Positions 29,256-39,126 of a stretch of DNA of 56,318 nucleotides are shown in pieces. Made by a program: the position numbers and the translations under genes. This DNA comes from Nitrososphaeraceae archaeon (GTDB taxonomy: Archaea > Thermoproteota > Nitrososphaeria > Nitrososphaerales > Nitrososphaeraceae). Each line of letters starts with the position of its first letter. The first letter of the stretch is position 1. The stretch lies in contig JBIOZG010000011.1 in assembly GCA_044870765.1 (NCBI GenBank), forward strand, positions 1 to 56,318. Direction: 5' to 3'. Below the pieces are notes generated by a model. That model was not told where the DNA came from and did no database searches. It worked only from the letters and a program-made list of their open reading frames with translations.

Positions 29256-30878
29256 GTGGACGTTACATCCGTATCAATGAATGAGGAAGATAACGGTCAT
29301 CCAAAAAGCTATATTCTGGAACTAGAGAAGATGAATATTAATTTTGGAAAGATTGAGAGAAACCTTCCAATAGCAACTCTTATTGAAATCGCAATTCAAA
29401 GAAACGAAGGGCTATTATCAAATTCTGGCGCATTGTCTGTTAAGACTGGTAAGTTTACGGGACGTTCTCCTGATGATAAGTTCATTGTTGATGATGAAAT
29501 AACTCATGATATTGTGGACTGGGGCAAAGTGAACCATCCTATTGCTAGTGAAAAGTTTGACAATATTTTTGAACGAATGAAGCAGCATGTGTCAGGAAAG
29601 GATTTTTTTATTTTCGACGGGTTTGTAGGAGCCGATCCTGAGAGTAGGTTGCCGATAAGGGTTTTTACCGATAATGCTTGGCATAATATTTTTGCATCGC
29701 AGATATTTATACGTCCGACACCAGAAGAGCTTGATAACCATAAGCCTGAATTTACTCTCTTCTTTGTTAATGATTTTGCTTCACTTCCAGAAATAGATGG
29801 AACCAAAAGTGGCACATTCATAATCATTAATTTCTCCAAGAAGATGGTGTTAATAGGTTATACTTCTTATGCAGGCGAAATAAAAAAGGCCATGTTTTCT
29901 GTTATGAATTTTTTACTTCCCCGCAGGGGAATATTTCCCATGCATTGTTCTGCTAATATGGGAAAGAATGGAGAAACAGCACTATTCTTTGGACTATCGG
30001 GTACAGGGAAAACTACATTATCCGCAGATCCAGAAAGGTACCTGATAGGGGATGATGAGCATGGATGGTCTGATAGGGGAATTTTTAATTTTGAAGGCGG
30101 GTGTTATGCAAAATGTATAAATCTTAATAAGGAACATGAACCACAGATTTGGAATGCAATAAAATTCGGTTCTGTAATGGAGAACGTAACTGTTGATGAA
30201 TTGACACGCGAGCCGAATTTTGAGGATAGTTACCTAACAGAGAACACACGAGTCGTCTACCCTTTAGATTTTATACCTGGAGCGGTAATTCCTTCAGTAG
30301 CAACACATCCCAAGGTCGTAATCTTTCTCACTGCAGATGCATTTGGTGTGATGCCACCGGTGGCCAGGCTAACGAAAGAAGGTGCAATGTATCATTTTAT
30401 TTCTGGTTATACAAGTAAGCTAGCGGGCACAGAAAGAGGTATTACAGAACCAAAAGAAACATTTTCTCAATGTTTTGGAGCACCATTTATGCCACTACCT
30501 CCAGTTGAATATGCCAAAATGCTAGCATCAAAGATTTCAAAACACAACACGAGTGTGTATCTTATAAATACAGGTTGGACTGGGGGCCCATATGGAATTG
30601 GAAGGAGAATGGATTTGAAATATACCAGAGCGATGGTATCTGCGTCATTAAACGGCGATCTTGACAAGGTGCAATATAAGCATGATAGTATCTTTAATCT
30701 TGATATTCCTCTTTCATGTCCTCAAGTTCCGTCAAAAATTCTGGATCCGAGTTTTTCATGGTCCAACGAAGAACAGTACGTTGTTGCAGCGAAGAGACTG
30801 GCCCATCTGTTTATCGAAAATTTCAAAAGGTTCGGAGAGGAAACCAAAGATTTGGCAAAATTTGGACCCCAAATTTAA
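29256..30878 (+). CDS. pckA: Phosphoenolpyruvate carboxykinase (ATP)
   Basis: TGRSP.DK, YAGEIKK, MHCSAN, GLSGTGKTTLS, GDDEHGW, EGGCYAK. Confidence 0.97.
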   Translation: MDVTSVSMNEEDNGHPKSYILELEKMNINFGKIERNLPIATLIEIAIQRNEGLLSNSGALSVKTGKFTGRSPDDKFIVDDEITHDIVDWGKVNHPIASEKFDNIFERMKQHVSGKDFFIFDGFVGADPESRLPIRVFTDNAWHNIFASQIFIRPTPEELDNHKPEFTLFFVNDFASLPEIDGTKSGTFIIINFSKKMVLIGYTSYAGEIKKAMFSVMNFLLPRRGIFPMHCSANMGKNGETALFFGLSGTGKTTLSADPERYLIGDDEHGWSDRGIFNFEGGCYAKCINLNKEHEPQIWNAIKFGSVMENVTVDELTREPNFEDSYLTENTRVVYPLDFIPGAVIPSVATHPKVVIFLTADAFGVMPPVARLTKEGAMYHFISGYTSKLAGTERGITEPKETFSQCFGAPFMPLPPVEYAKMLASKISKHNTSVYLINTGWTGGPYGIGRRMDLKYTRAMVSASLNGDLDKVQYKHDSIFNLDIPLSCPQVPSKILDPSFSWSNEEQYVVAAKRLAHLFIENFKRFGEETKDLAKFGPQI

Positions 30879-30886
30879 AATAAAGA

Positions 30887-31023
30887 TGGTAGCCCGGAGC
30901 AGATTCGAACTGCTGTCCTCAGGTATCTTTTCATGACGATCCAGAGCCTGAAATCCATAGCCCTCCTGTGGAGTTTGACCGCTAGATTCGGCATCGACAC
31001 AATCGTGTGGATTCGACCGGGCT
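30887..31023 (-). tRNA. tRNA-Gln(CUG), CCA encoded, three introns: 10/11 (30987-31013), 21/22 (30957-30974), 37/38 (30925-30940)
   Basis: Removing 27+18+16 nt gives a 76-nt cloverleaf: AGCCCGG TC GTCT AGCGGTCAA GGAT T TCAGG CTCTGGA CCTGA GGAC AGCAG TTCGAAT CTGCT CCGGGCT A CCA. A1-U72 is typical of archaeal tRNA-Gln. Each junction folds as a BHB or relaxed BHB. Confidence 0.88.
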
Positions 31024-31071
31024 AATTCTCGAGCTACAACTAGAAATTTTCAAACAGATATTTATCGATAT

Positions 31072-31644
31072 CTACTTTAGTAGAGATTCTTTCATTCTTA
31101 TGATGTCAATAAGCTCCCTAACTCTGCCCAGATTCCTCTCAAAATAATCTACGAGATTATTGTTGATATACTCGTCATAGTTACCAGTAGATTTGTTTTG
31201 ATCTATTGACGATGTTGATGTCGATCTGTCCTCGAGCAAAAAATCTTGGACTTCCTTGGATGGTTTTTGCATCGTTTGATTTCTAAATTCCCTTAATATC
31301 CAAAGCCAACTATTGTGCTCTAACGCTTCACGTAATTCTGTCAATAAACCTATGTTTTTTGTTCCCGCATTCAATGCGCTTTGAATTGTAGCCAGATCAA
31401 CTTTTTCTATTGAAATTCCCAAATCCAATCTCGTGTTAATTAACATTAATAGGCAATCTACTGCTCCTAAAATTTGGGAAAGAAAGCAATCAATCTCCAA
31501 CTCCAATGGCACTCTTACATCAACTTTATCCATGTTTCGCTGACCTAACTTGATTTCTTGTAACTTGTTTAGATGCGTTTGGGCAGCGAATAATTTGAAT
31601 TTAACCCTGTCTGATAAAAGACTCGAATCAAAATTGGAAGACAT
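31072..31644 (-). CDS. Hypothetical helical protein, possible HEPN-like (Cthe_2314-type) fold
   Basis: FL....GA.D.L...IN..L.LG and W...L..FRNQTMQ resemble HEPN Rx4H context, with Q in place of H. Confidence 0.55.
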   Translation of the reverse strand: MSSNFDSSLLSDRVKFKLFAAQTHLNKLQEIKLGQRNMDKVDVRVPLELEIDCFLSQILGAVDCLLMLINTRLDLGISIEKVDLATIQSALNAGTKNIGLLTELREALEHNSWLWILREFRNQTMQKPSKEVQDFLLEDRSTSTSSIDQNKSTGNYDEYINNNLVDYFERNLGRVRELIDIIRMKESLLK

Positions 31645-31753
31645 TTCTAATTTATTAGAATTAAATTATTTTCATTAACTTTACTAAATATTAAACTTGA
31701 TCTTAGATAGAACCATGCACTGTTAAAATTATGGATTTAATTATAATAGACAC

Positions 31754-32077
31754 ATGGGCGAAAATGAAGATCTTGAGGAGAAGAAACTGTTGGGCTCAGG
31801 CGGGTATGTCTTTGCTAAAATTACCGAAGATGAGGAAATCAAGGCTAATTTGGGAGTTCCACAAATATTTCTAGCCAATGTCGGAAGATTGAGTGAAGAT
31901 CGTTTCATAAAGTATTACTGCAATTCATGTGGGAAGGAATTCAGTGGCTCTCCAATCATAAAATATGAGACTCCTAATGAGGAATTAGGTCAGGGAGTGA
32001 TTCTGGTAGAAAAAGGCGAATACAAATGCAGGGATTGTAGCAACGTAATAGCATTCTATAGAAAATTCAACAAGTAA
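31754..32077 (+). CDS. Zn-ribbon hypothetical protein
   Basis: YCNSC...YKCRDC. Confidence 0.75.
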   Translation: MGENEDLEEKKLLGSGGYVFAKITEDEEIKANLGVPQIFLANVGRLSEDRFIKYYCNSCGKEFSGSPIIKYETPNEELGQGVILVEKGEYKCRDCSNVIAFYRKFNK

Positions 32078-32168
32078 TAATGGTCAAATTTCTTTTATTA
32101 TTTGAAGCGGCAATTTTGCACCAAAAAAATGTTTATAGTAATTTCAATTAGTACATAATAGAAAAAAA

Positions 32169-32561
32169 TTGGGAAGATGGGATGATGATTGGCATTATGA
32201 AGGCAAACATAAGAAATCACGGGATTGGATAAGAATTGCTAAATACGCTATTTACGGCGGCTTTGCAATTGTAGCTATTGTCGTATTACTCGTTTTTATT
32301 CCAAGAGCAGGTTTAACCGTAGAAATAATGGAAAGTGGTGAGGCTTTGACTACCATAAGTATAAAAATAAACAATAACAACCCACAAGAAATTCATAACG
32401 TAACAGTGGTGTTTGACAATGATACAAATAGAAAACAGATTTACAATTCCATGGCACCATTTAGCTCAATATTCGTTACTCCCGAGCAGGAAGATCTAGA
32501 CTTTCAAAAAATAATTGTTACAGCCGATGAGGGAAAATTGCAAACCGTAAAGTATAGATAA
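32169..32561 (+). CDS. Single-TM-anchored hypothetical protein
   Basis: Basic N-terminus, TM helix, beta-rich C-domain. Confidence 0.7.
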   Translation: MGRWDDDWHYEGKHKKSRDWIRIAKYAIYGGFAIVAIVVLLVFIPRAGLTVEIMESGEALTTISIKINNNNPQEIHNVTVVFDNDTNRKQIYNSMAPFSSIFVTPEQEDLDFQKIIVTADEGKLQTVKYR

Positions 32562-32606
32562 ATATTTCAATTAAATACTCATAGTTTTGTTGCTCAATTT
32601 GGAATT

Positions 32607-33002
32607 TCAGCGCTTGGTACTTGCCTCTCTTATTGCTTGACCATATTCAAGATGAGCTTTTTTTCTCATATATGGTATTAGTCTATAGTGTATTGAATAG
32701 ATAGTTTTTTGTCTTATCAGAATACCTTTAACCAACAATGATACAAAACCACCAGCTACTTTTGACGACTGTATATTCTTATTGTCACAAAATTTGTCTC
32801 TCTTTAAGTGATATTCTTTTAGAGTGAAATAGGAACGATTCACATCCAAGATTAGTGGCCAAATAATATTTTCCCACACCATCCTTCTGTTTTGGGTCGA
32901 AGATGCATGCTTGCCCTTACTTACTGGTTCTTTTTTTGGGGTATTGGGTTCTTCGAAATTGGGCATGCTGCACGGTTCAAGGGAGATTTGTTTCTTAGGC
33001 AC
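32607..33002 (-). CDS. Hypothetical basic protein (possible wHTH); start uncertain
   Basis: 131 aa ORF; GGFVSLLVKGIL....YSIHYRL. Confidence 0.6.
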   Translation of the reverse strand: MPKKQISLEPCSMPNFEEPNTPKKEPVSKGKHASSTQNRRMVWENIIWPLILDVNRSYFTLKEYHLKRDKFCDNKNIQSSKVAGGFVSLLVKGILIRQKTIYSIHYRLIPYMRKKAHLEYGQAIREASTKR

Positions 33003-33010
33003 ATTTAAAC

Positions 33011-33748
33011 TTGGGTCCCTCTATATCATATTTGATTTTGAGGGAATTAGAAGTAAAGCAATCCTTGGATAATTTGGCCAACAAATGGAAAATTGAGAAG
33101 TCAATTTATGATCTTCATCTTGGAAAACGCGACGACGTATCTGATTTTCAATTGGTTGTCAATGGTGTGGTTTTTCATATTCCTTTTCTTGCCAGAGATG
33201 AAACTTACGTTCTTTGGAAATGTTTATGGCCGGATTGCCACAACTGTTGTGAGAAACAAGGAAGATTGCCCTTAACGAAAGATGACATGTCACTGATTTC
33301 AAACAAAATGGGATATGAAGCAGTATCTGAATTTATCAAGAAAGAAACAACAGTTTCCAGCTGGAATGAATCTTCTACCATGAACAATTTAATTACGACA
33401 ATCAGTATGATTTCGCTAAAAAGAAAGGAAAATGAGACTGAAGACCAGGACGGTAAACCTTTACCATGCAGATTTTTGGATGAAGGTGGGAGTTGTGTAA
33501 TACATCCTGACAAACCCGGTGTTTGCTGGCTTTATCCATTTTCTTCATGGATGGAATCTGATAACGGCAAACCTGTAGTCCATGCATCCTACCAACTAAC
33601 CGGCGATTGCCCCGGATTCTACACAGCAAGTACATCGCAACCTATGATGGAGGTACTCCAAGAATATTCAAAGAAAATATTCGCATATAATATGTCAATC
33701 CAGAGGACAACTCGGGAAAAGTATGGATTCATAAATATAGTGCAATAG
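33011..33748 (+). CDS. YkgJ-family cysteine-cluster (CxxCxxCC-type) protein
   Basis: CLWPDCHNCC, PCRFL...C.IH..KP.VC..YPF, CPG. Confidence 0.88.
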   Translation: MGPSISYLILRELEVKQSLDNLANKWKIEKSIYDLHLGKRDDVSDFQLVVNGVVFHIPFLARDETYVLWKCLWPDCHNCCEKQGRLPLTKDDMSLISNKMGYEAVSEFIKKETTVSSWNESSTMNNLITTISMISLKRKENETEDQDGKPLPCRFLDEGGSCVIHPDKPGVCWLYPFSSWMESDNGKPVVHASYQLTGDCPGFYTASTSQPMMEVLQEYSKKIFAYNMSIQRTTREKYGFINIVQ

Positions 33749-33844
33749 TTTTAACACAAAAGGTTTGATAAAGCACGTCAGAAGCAAAGCCAGTAGTATC
33801 TAGAAACATTTTTATTTAAAAAATAGGGTCTTGACAATAGTTTC

Positions 33845-34348
33845 ATGGTTATTAATAAAGAACTCCTGCAACTCAGAAAAAAAATAGCTGACAAGAGACC
33901 GGATTTTGTGAGACAAGAAAGCTGGAGGTATAAGAAACTTGCAACTAATTGGCGAAAACCAAAAGGAAAAGACAATAAAATGAGGAAACAGGTGTCAGGG
34001 GTTCCCGCATTGGTTAAGGTCGGATATAAAGGACCAAGAAAATCAAGGGGCCTACATCCATCTGGTTATAATGATGTTTTAATTTTTAATACGAACGATT
34101 TGACAAGAATTGATCCCACGATAGATGCAATTAGAATTGCTCATGGGGTTGGTTACAAGAAAAGATTGGATATCTTGAATGAAGCCACAAAATTGAAAAT
34201 CAAGGTGTTAAATCCAGGCAAAATTGAAAAGGTAGAAAAGGTTGAAACCAAGCCCAAAAAAGAAGTTGAAAAGGTAGAGAAAGCTGAAGTAAAGCCCAAA
34301 AAAGAAGGAAAGGGTAAAAGCAAAGGAAAAAAAGTGTCTAAATCATAA
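33845..34348 (+). CDS. rpl32e: 50S ribosomal protein L32e with Lys/Glu-rich C-terminal extension
   Basis: RPDFVRQESWRY...WRKPKG.DNKMR, GY..P...RGLHPSG, VLN. Confidence 0.97.
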   Translation: MVINKELLQLRKKIADKRPDFVRQESWRYKKLATNWRKPKGKDNKMRKQVSGVPALVKVGYKGPRKSRGLHPSGYNDVLIFNTNDLTRIDPTIDAIRIAHGVGYKKRLDILNEATKLKIKVLNPGKIEKVEKVETKPKKEVEKVEKAEVKPKKEGKGKSKGKKVSKS

Positions 34349-34794
34349 TGGTTGTAAATCTAAGAAAAAAAAGAGAGTTGATAGCAAGAGTTCTAGGAGT
34401 AGGTTCAAACAGGGTAAGATTTGAACCTGACAAACTTGACGATATAGCCGACGCAATTACACGAGAGGATATGCGTTCTTTAATTAATAATGGCACTATA
34501 TGGACAGTAAAGGTTAAAGGAATTTCTAGGTCAAGAGCGGAAAAGAAACTAAAAACTCGCAGAAAACATGGCACTTCTGCTGGATCTAAGAAGGGGAAGA
34601 AAACTGCAAGAGTCGGTAAGAAGGAAGTTTATGTTAAAAGAACCAAAGCTATGCGAAGACATTTAAAAATACTTAAAGCCAGAAACGAGATAAACAGAGA
34701 AACATTTTGGGCGTTATATAAGAAAATTAGAGGTGGAAATGTCAGGTCTCTATCGCACTTGAGAGATCTTGCCAAACAGGCAAAACACAAGTAA
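34348..34794 (+). CDS. rpl19e: 50S ribosomal protein L19e
   Basis: ARVLGVG..RV, AITREDMR.LI, GISR.R, GSKKGKK.AR, Y....GG. Confidence 0.97.
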   Translation: MVVNLRKKRELIARVLGVGSNRVRFEPDKLDDIADAITREDMRSLINNGTIWTVKVKGISRSRAEKKLKTRRKHGTSAGSKKGKKTARVGKKEVYVKRTKAMRRHLKILKARNEINRETFWALYKKIRGGNVRSLSHLRDLAKQAKHK

Positions 34795-34796
34795 TG

Positions 34797-35144
34797 CTAA
34801 TTTGAGAATCTGTATTTTTCAAAATCTTTTATTTGCCCATTAACGATAGGAATTCCTTCACGTAGCAGTAGTGAAATTTTTCGTTCTTTGCCGTACATGT
34901 AACCTCCAACGTGTCCGTCAGAACAGACTACGCGATGACAAGGTACCACGATAGGGCGTGGATTCTTATTCAGAATTTTTCCAATACCTCGTGCAGCTCG
35001 AGAATTTCCGAGCGACATTGCTAATTGTCCGTAGGTTGCGACTTTACCTGCAGGAATACTAGATACAAGGCCATAGACAGATTGACTTTCAATATGTTCC
35101 CTTCCTGTTTTCTTGTAATTCTTACTTCCACTTTTGTAAGTCAT
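34797..35144 (-). CDS. ogt: Methylated-DNA--protein-cysteine methyltransferase (single-domain MGMT)
   Basis: IP.GKV.TYG.LA, AARG.G, NP....PCHRVV with the active-site Cys. Confidence 0.88.
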   Translation of the reverse strand: MTYKSGSKNYKKTGREHIESQSVYGLVSSIPAGKVATYGQLAMSLGNSRAARGIGKILNKNPRPIVVPCHRVVCSDGHVGGYMYGKERKISLLLREGIPIVNGQIKDFEKYRFSN

Positions 35145-35194
35145 ACTTTACCTATCCTATACAAACATAAATAACTCTTGAGGTGATCGCTTTT

Positions 35195-36022
35195 CTAAAT
35201 TTTTACAACTTCAATCCCGCATTTATCTAGTAAAGTCAGTACTCTGGATTTTTCCTTCCCCAGCCCTTTTACATCTACCAGGGCATATGTCACCTCTTCA
35301 ATACTCCTATGTATCATTTGTTCTAATAGAAAATTATCCAAATAAGGTAAATCATGTTTTGCAGCGATTGCTCCTAAACCATACTCTGATTCTAGCAATA
35401 ATTTATTAAATTTTGTTGGATAATGAGTGCCACCTATTGCTATACCTACCTTTTTGCAGACTCCCTGCTCTTTTGTAATTACTTTAAACAAAGAACTGCA
35501 CACCATATTTGCTGCATTTTCATCCGTCCATTGTTTTTCAGTTGATCCTATTTCAATGAACAAAATTGGCTTTTCTAATGATGTAGGACCATGGTGGGTT
35601 GATTCAATAATAATATCATAAAAAGGGACATTATCCTTTTGATTATTCAATTCAATCAGATATTGTTTCTGAATCCAAGGATAAGATATTCCCAATTCTT
35701 TTTCTTTACCACCGAAAACATTCTTGCCAAAATTACCTGTTGAGTGACACGTCAGTGCTGGAATGTTGGCTTGAGATTTATGTTGCGACAAGAAAATAAA
35801 ACAAGATGTGTTCGGATATTTGTAATCAAGATTCTCAAGATAAAGCAAATTATTTTCGGAAATATGTAATGCTATATTTGGATAGTTAGTTGTACTAAGG
35901 GAGCCATCATCCTCTTTTGTGAACCCATATTTATCAATTAAACATCGTGAAATTGTACTACTCGCAAGATCACTTGTAGAACATACTAATGTGTAGTTAG
36001 CTGACAACGATTGACTATTCAA
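35195..36022 (-). CDS. dtdA: D-aminoacyl-tRNA deacylase (archaeal DTD2 type)
   Basis: FLS.H.S, LTCHSTGN, E.THHGPT, FIEIGS.E..W, GG.HY. Confidence 0.93.
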   Translation of the reverse strand: MNSQSLSANYTLVCSTSDLASSTISRCLIDKYGFTKEDDGSLSTTNYPNIALHISENNLLYLENLDYKYPNTSCFIFLSQHKSQANIPALTCHSTGNFGKNVFGGKEKELGISYPWIQKQYLIELNNQKDNVPFYDIIIESTHHGPTSLEKPILFIEIGSTEKQWTDENAANMVCSSLFKVITKEQGVCKKVGIAIGGTHYPTKFNKLLLESEYGLGAIAAKHDLPYLDNFLLEQMIHRSIEEVTYALVDVKGLGKEKSRVLTLLDKCGIEVVKI

Positions 36023-36141
36023 AAAGTTCTAAATTTAATTTTATGGCTAAGAACAAAAATATTACATAAATACTATTGTCCATTGATAATACTTAATTCA
36101 TGATTCCAATTTATCATTGCATTTCGTGAGATGACATTAGA

Positions 36142-39126
36142 TTATTCGATGTATATAGCTGGTTTATAGGGCCTTGAAAACCTTGACTTTTGTTTTGGAT
36201 CGTATATATCACTATCATCTTCAGAGTATATTCTTACTTCGAGTTTATCGTTTCCAATCTCATTACGTAATAAAGATATACCATCTTGCAGTGGTATCAT
36301 TTCACTAAAAGAATCTATTTTTATTCTTCTCTCTCTAACATCTACTGACTCAGAAAGTATGTCTTCTATCATTTTCCTCACCAAGTCAGGACTACGCTTT
36401 ACAAAATCCTTTATTTCGTCATCATTTACTAATTCCTTCATGATGATTCCAAAATTAGCAGTCGATTCTTTCTGAATCCGATCCAATAATTTCTTATATA
36501 ATTTATTTTTGGTAGTTGAAGCAGTATAGATCATTATCTTTTGTGGGGCAATTTTAGTCACCTTTGTTATTTTTTGTATATCAAAAATCATATCCTGAAT
36601 TAGTTTTTCATTGTCCTCAGAATTAAGGGAGATTTTCGAGTCATTAACTTCTGGCCAACTCTCAAAACTGACAAAAGGTTTATTGCCAATTATTTCCCAA
36701 ACTTCTTCACTGAAAAAAGGTGCAAATGGGGCTAATAGTTTTATCCTTGTTATTAGAAACTCCTTCAAGAAGTTATTGCATACTGACTTTTTCTTCGCAA
36801 GTTTTCTTTTTTGGTACCATTGTAGATCATTGTCCATTAAATATAATATATTATGCAAAGCCTCTCTAATTCTAAATTTTTCGATGGCTGAAGTGGTTTC
36901 TAAAACAATACGTTGTATTCTACTTGATATCCAATCGTCCTCAAGTTCATCATGATCCAAACTGTTCAGAGCTATAGTAAAAATATTTTTGTGTGCCATC
37001 ACTGTTCTGTAAATATCATATAATTTGGACCTAATGCCTTTTACTAAGTCAAAGGAAAAATCAGAATCTTGCAATATCTCTGAAGACGCCAGCATTGTAA
37101 GACGAATTGGATCTGCTCCATATTCTTCTATTGCTTGGCGAAGTGGAATAATATTCCCAAGAGATTTGGACATTTTCTTACCTTCCATTAGTACCGATCC
37201 GTTCACAACAATTTGTTTAGGCCACTTGTCTTTGGGAAAAATTGCTGTATGGTTAAAGATAAAGAACGTTAAATGATTTGGTATCAAGTCCCTTCCAGAA
37301 TGCCTGGAATCAACCGGATAAAAATACAGAAATTCATTTTTTATTCTTTCTAGCAATTCTGTCGATATTTTTGAATCTCTAGCAACAACATTCATATCAT
37401 TCTTACCTAAGAGAACATAATCAAAAAAGGCATCGTTCAAATCATCCGCCAGCACCTTGTCTGTGCTCTTTTGTAAATTAGCATCATTGCTAATGTACTT
37501 TGACAAGGGATAATAAGCCATATAAATAACTGAATCTGAAAGACTTTCAATGATCCATTCATTGTCCCATGGAAGTCTAGTTCCAAGTCCACTTTTTCTG
37601 GCACAAGCTCTTTCCTTTAGCCAATCAATGACATTTTTAAATTCCTGTCTTATTTCCTCTGGTAAAATTTCCATATTATCAACTAATTCGTACGCCAATT
37701 TTTTCCAATTTTTGTCGCCGTAGTTGATAAACCATTGGTTTGTTAGTAACTTAACTACGCAAGGTGTTCCGCACCTACATTTTACCACATTTTTTAATTC
37801 ATACATGGTTGTTCCTATTTTTTCGTTGATGATTTTTTCCCTTATTATTTCTCGAGCTTTTAATACGCTTAAATTGCCAATTATCTCTATGCCGGGCAAA
37901 ACCTTGCCAGCATGAAATTCTTCGGAATAAAGTTTGTTTGTTGCTTCTTCTAGTTTTGGATCGTTCTGGTTACTTATCGAGAACTGGGCAAGTATCCGTT
38001 CTGCAGGCGATGAATTATTTGAGGGGAACTTATCAGTCTGAATTAGATTTATAGGCTTAATATCCACATTGATACCATATTTTTTTAACGTATCATCATC
38101 CTTCCTTAAATCAATCATTGCCTGGTAGTCATACGGTGCATGTGCCGGAACAGACATGACAATTCCAGTCCCATTATTCGGGTCCACGAATGACGCTGGA
38201 AACACGGGTACGTGGGCATTCCTTAATTGATTGAATAGAAATTTTCCTACTAACTCAGATCCCTTTATTTCTGACACTACAGAAACGCTTAAGTTAAGAT
38301 ATTCCAACTTACTTGCAGCCTCTTCTGTAATTATCCATTTTTCATTGTTTACCAATGCAATTACATATTGAATGTCAGGATTCACCCACAGGTTTGTAAC
38401 GCCAAAAACAGTTTCTGGTCTTAATGTCGCTGTTGGAATAATATAATCTTCAAATTTAAATTTAACAAGATCATATTCAATAAGCTCAGGTTCGATATCA
38501 CCTACAGTATCATGCTGACTTACAGGGCTTTGATCTTGAGGGCACCATCCAACTGGATGAGATCCTTGTACAATTAAACCATTCTTCCTGAGATTTCTAA
38601 ATTGCCATGAGATGAGTTTCGAATAACCCTTATCTATTGTAGTAAATTCACGCCTCCAATCAATCGAATACCCCATCTCTTTCATACCCTGTTTAATTTC
38701 TTCATGGAAATAGCTGGCAATTTTTTTAGGTTCTTTAAAACTTGCTATCATTTCATCTGGGATTTTGTATATTTGTCGAAAGGTTTCAATTAATTCTGAA
38801 TCGCTAGATTTGATTCTCTGAGACATAGATACAATCGGCGTTCCTGTATAGTGGAAACCCATAGGAAATAAGACATTATAGTTTTTCATACGCTTGTATC
38901 TTGCATGGACATCAGCCAAAGTATACGTTCTTCCATGTCCTACATGCTGTGGTGAATTAGGGTAAGGGTAAGCTACAGTTAAGAAATACTTTTTCTTGTT
39001 CAAATCGCATTCAGATTCAAATATTTTGTGCTCAGTCCATCTCTTTCCCCATTTTTCTTCAACTGTCTTCCAGTTGAAATCTAAATTGAGCGTTTTTTCA
39101 GTGGAATTTTCAACCATTTTTTTCAC
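36142..39126 (-). CDS. leuS: Leucine--tRNA ligase (archaeal type)
   Basis: AYPYPN..QHVGH, ATLRPET, SVPAHAP.D, IESLSDS, KMSKS. Confidence 0.97.
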   Translation of the reverse strand: MKKMVENSTEKTLNLDFNWKTVEEKWGKRWTEHKIFESECDLNKKKYFLTVAYPYPNSPQHVGHGRTYTLADVHARYKRMKNYNVLFPMGFHYTGTPIVSMSQRIKSSDSELIETFRQIYKIPDEMIASFKEPKKIASYFHEEIKQGMKEMGYSIDWRREFTTIDKGYSKLISWQFRNLRKNGLIVQGSHPVGWCPQDQSPVSQHDTVGDIEPELIEYDLVKFKFEDYIIPTATLRPETVFGVTNLWVNPDIQYVIALVNNEKWIITEEAASKLEYLNLSVSVVSEIKGSELVGKFLFNQLRNAHVPVFPASFVDPNNGTGIVMSVPAHAPYDYQAMIDLRKDDDTLKKYGINVDIKPINLIQTDKFPSNNSSPAERILAQFSISNQNDPKLEEATNKLYSEEFHAGKVLPGIEIIGNLSVLKAREIIREKIINEKIGTTMYELKNVVKCRCGTPCVVKLLTNQWFINYGDKNWKKLAYELVDNMEILPEEIRQEFKNVIDWLKERACARKSGLGTRLPWDNEWIIESLSDSVIYMAYYPLSKYISNDANLQKSTDKVLADDLNDAFFDYVLLGKNDMNVVARDSKISTELLERIKNEFLYFYPVDSRHSGRDLIPNHLTFFIFNHTAIFPKDKWPKQIVVNGSVLMEGKKMSKSLGNIIPLRQAIEEYGADPIRLTMLASSEILQDSDFSFDLVKGIRSKLYDIYRTVMAHKNIFTIALNSLDHDELEDDWISSRIQRIVLETTSAIEKFRIREALHNILYLMDNDLQWYQKRKLAKKKSVCNNFLKEFLITRIKLLAPFAPFFSEEVWEIIGNKPFVSFESWPEVNDSKISLNSEDNEKLIQDMIFDIQKITKVTKIAPQKIMIYTASTTKNKLYKKLLDRIQKESTANFGIIMKELVNDDEIKDFVKRSPDLVRKMIEDILSESVDVRERRIKIDSFSEMIPLQDGISLLRNEIGNDKLEVRIYSEDDSDIYDPKQKSRFSRPYKPAIYIE

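Noticed and set aside
30661-30936. 91-aa ORF overlapping the pckA end
   Set aside because: Alternative frame across pckA and the antisense of tRNA-Gln.
34797-35144. Alkyltransferase-like (ATL) inactive protein
   Set aside because: It retains the PCHR active-site Cys, so it is an ordinary MGMT.
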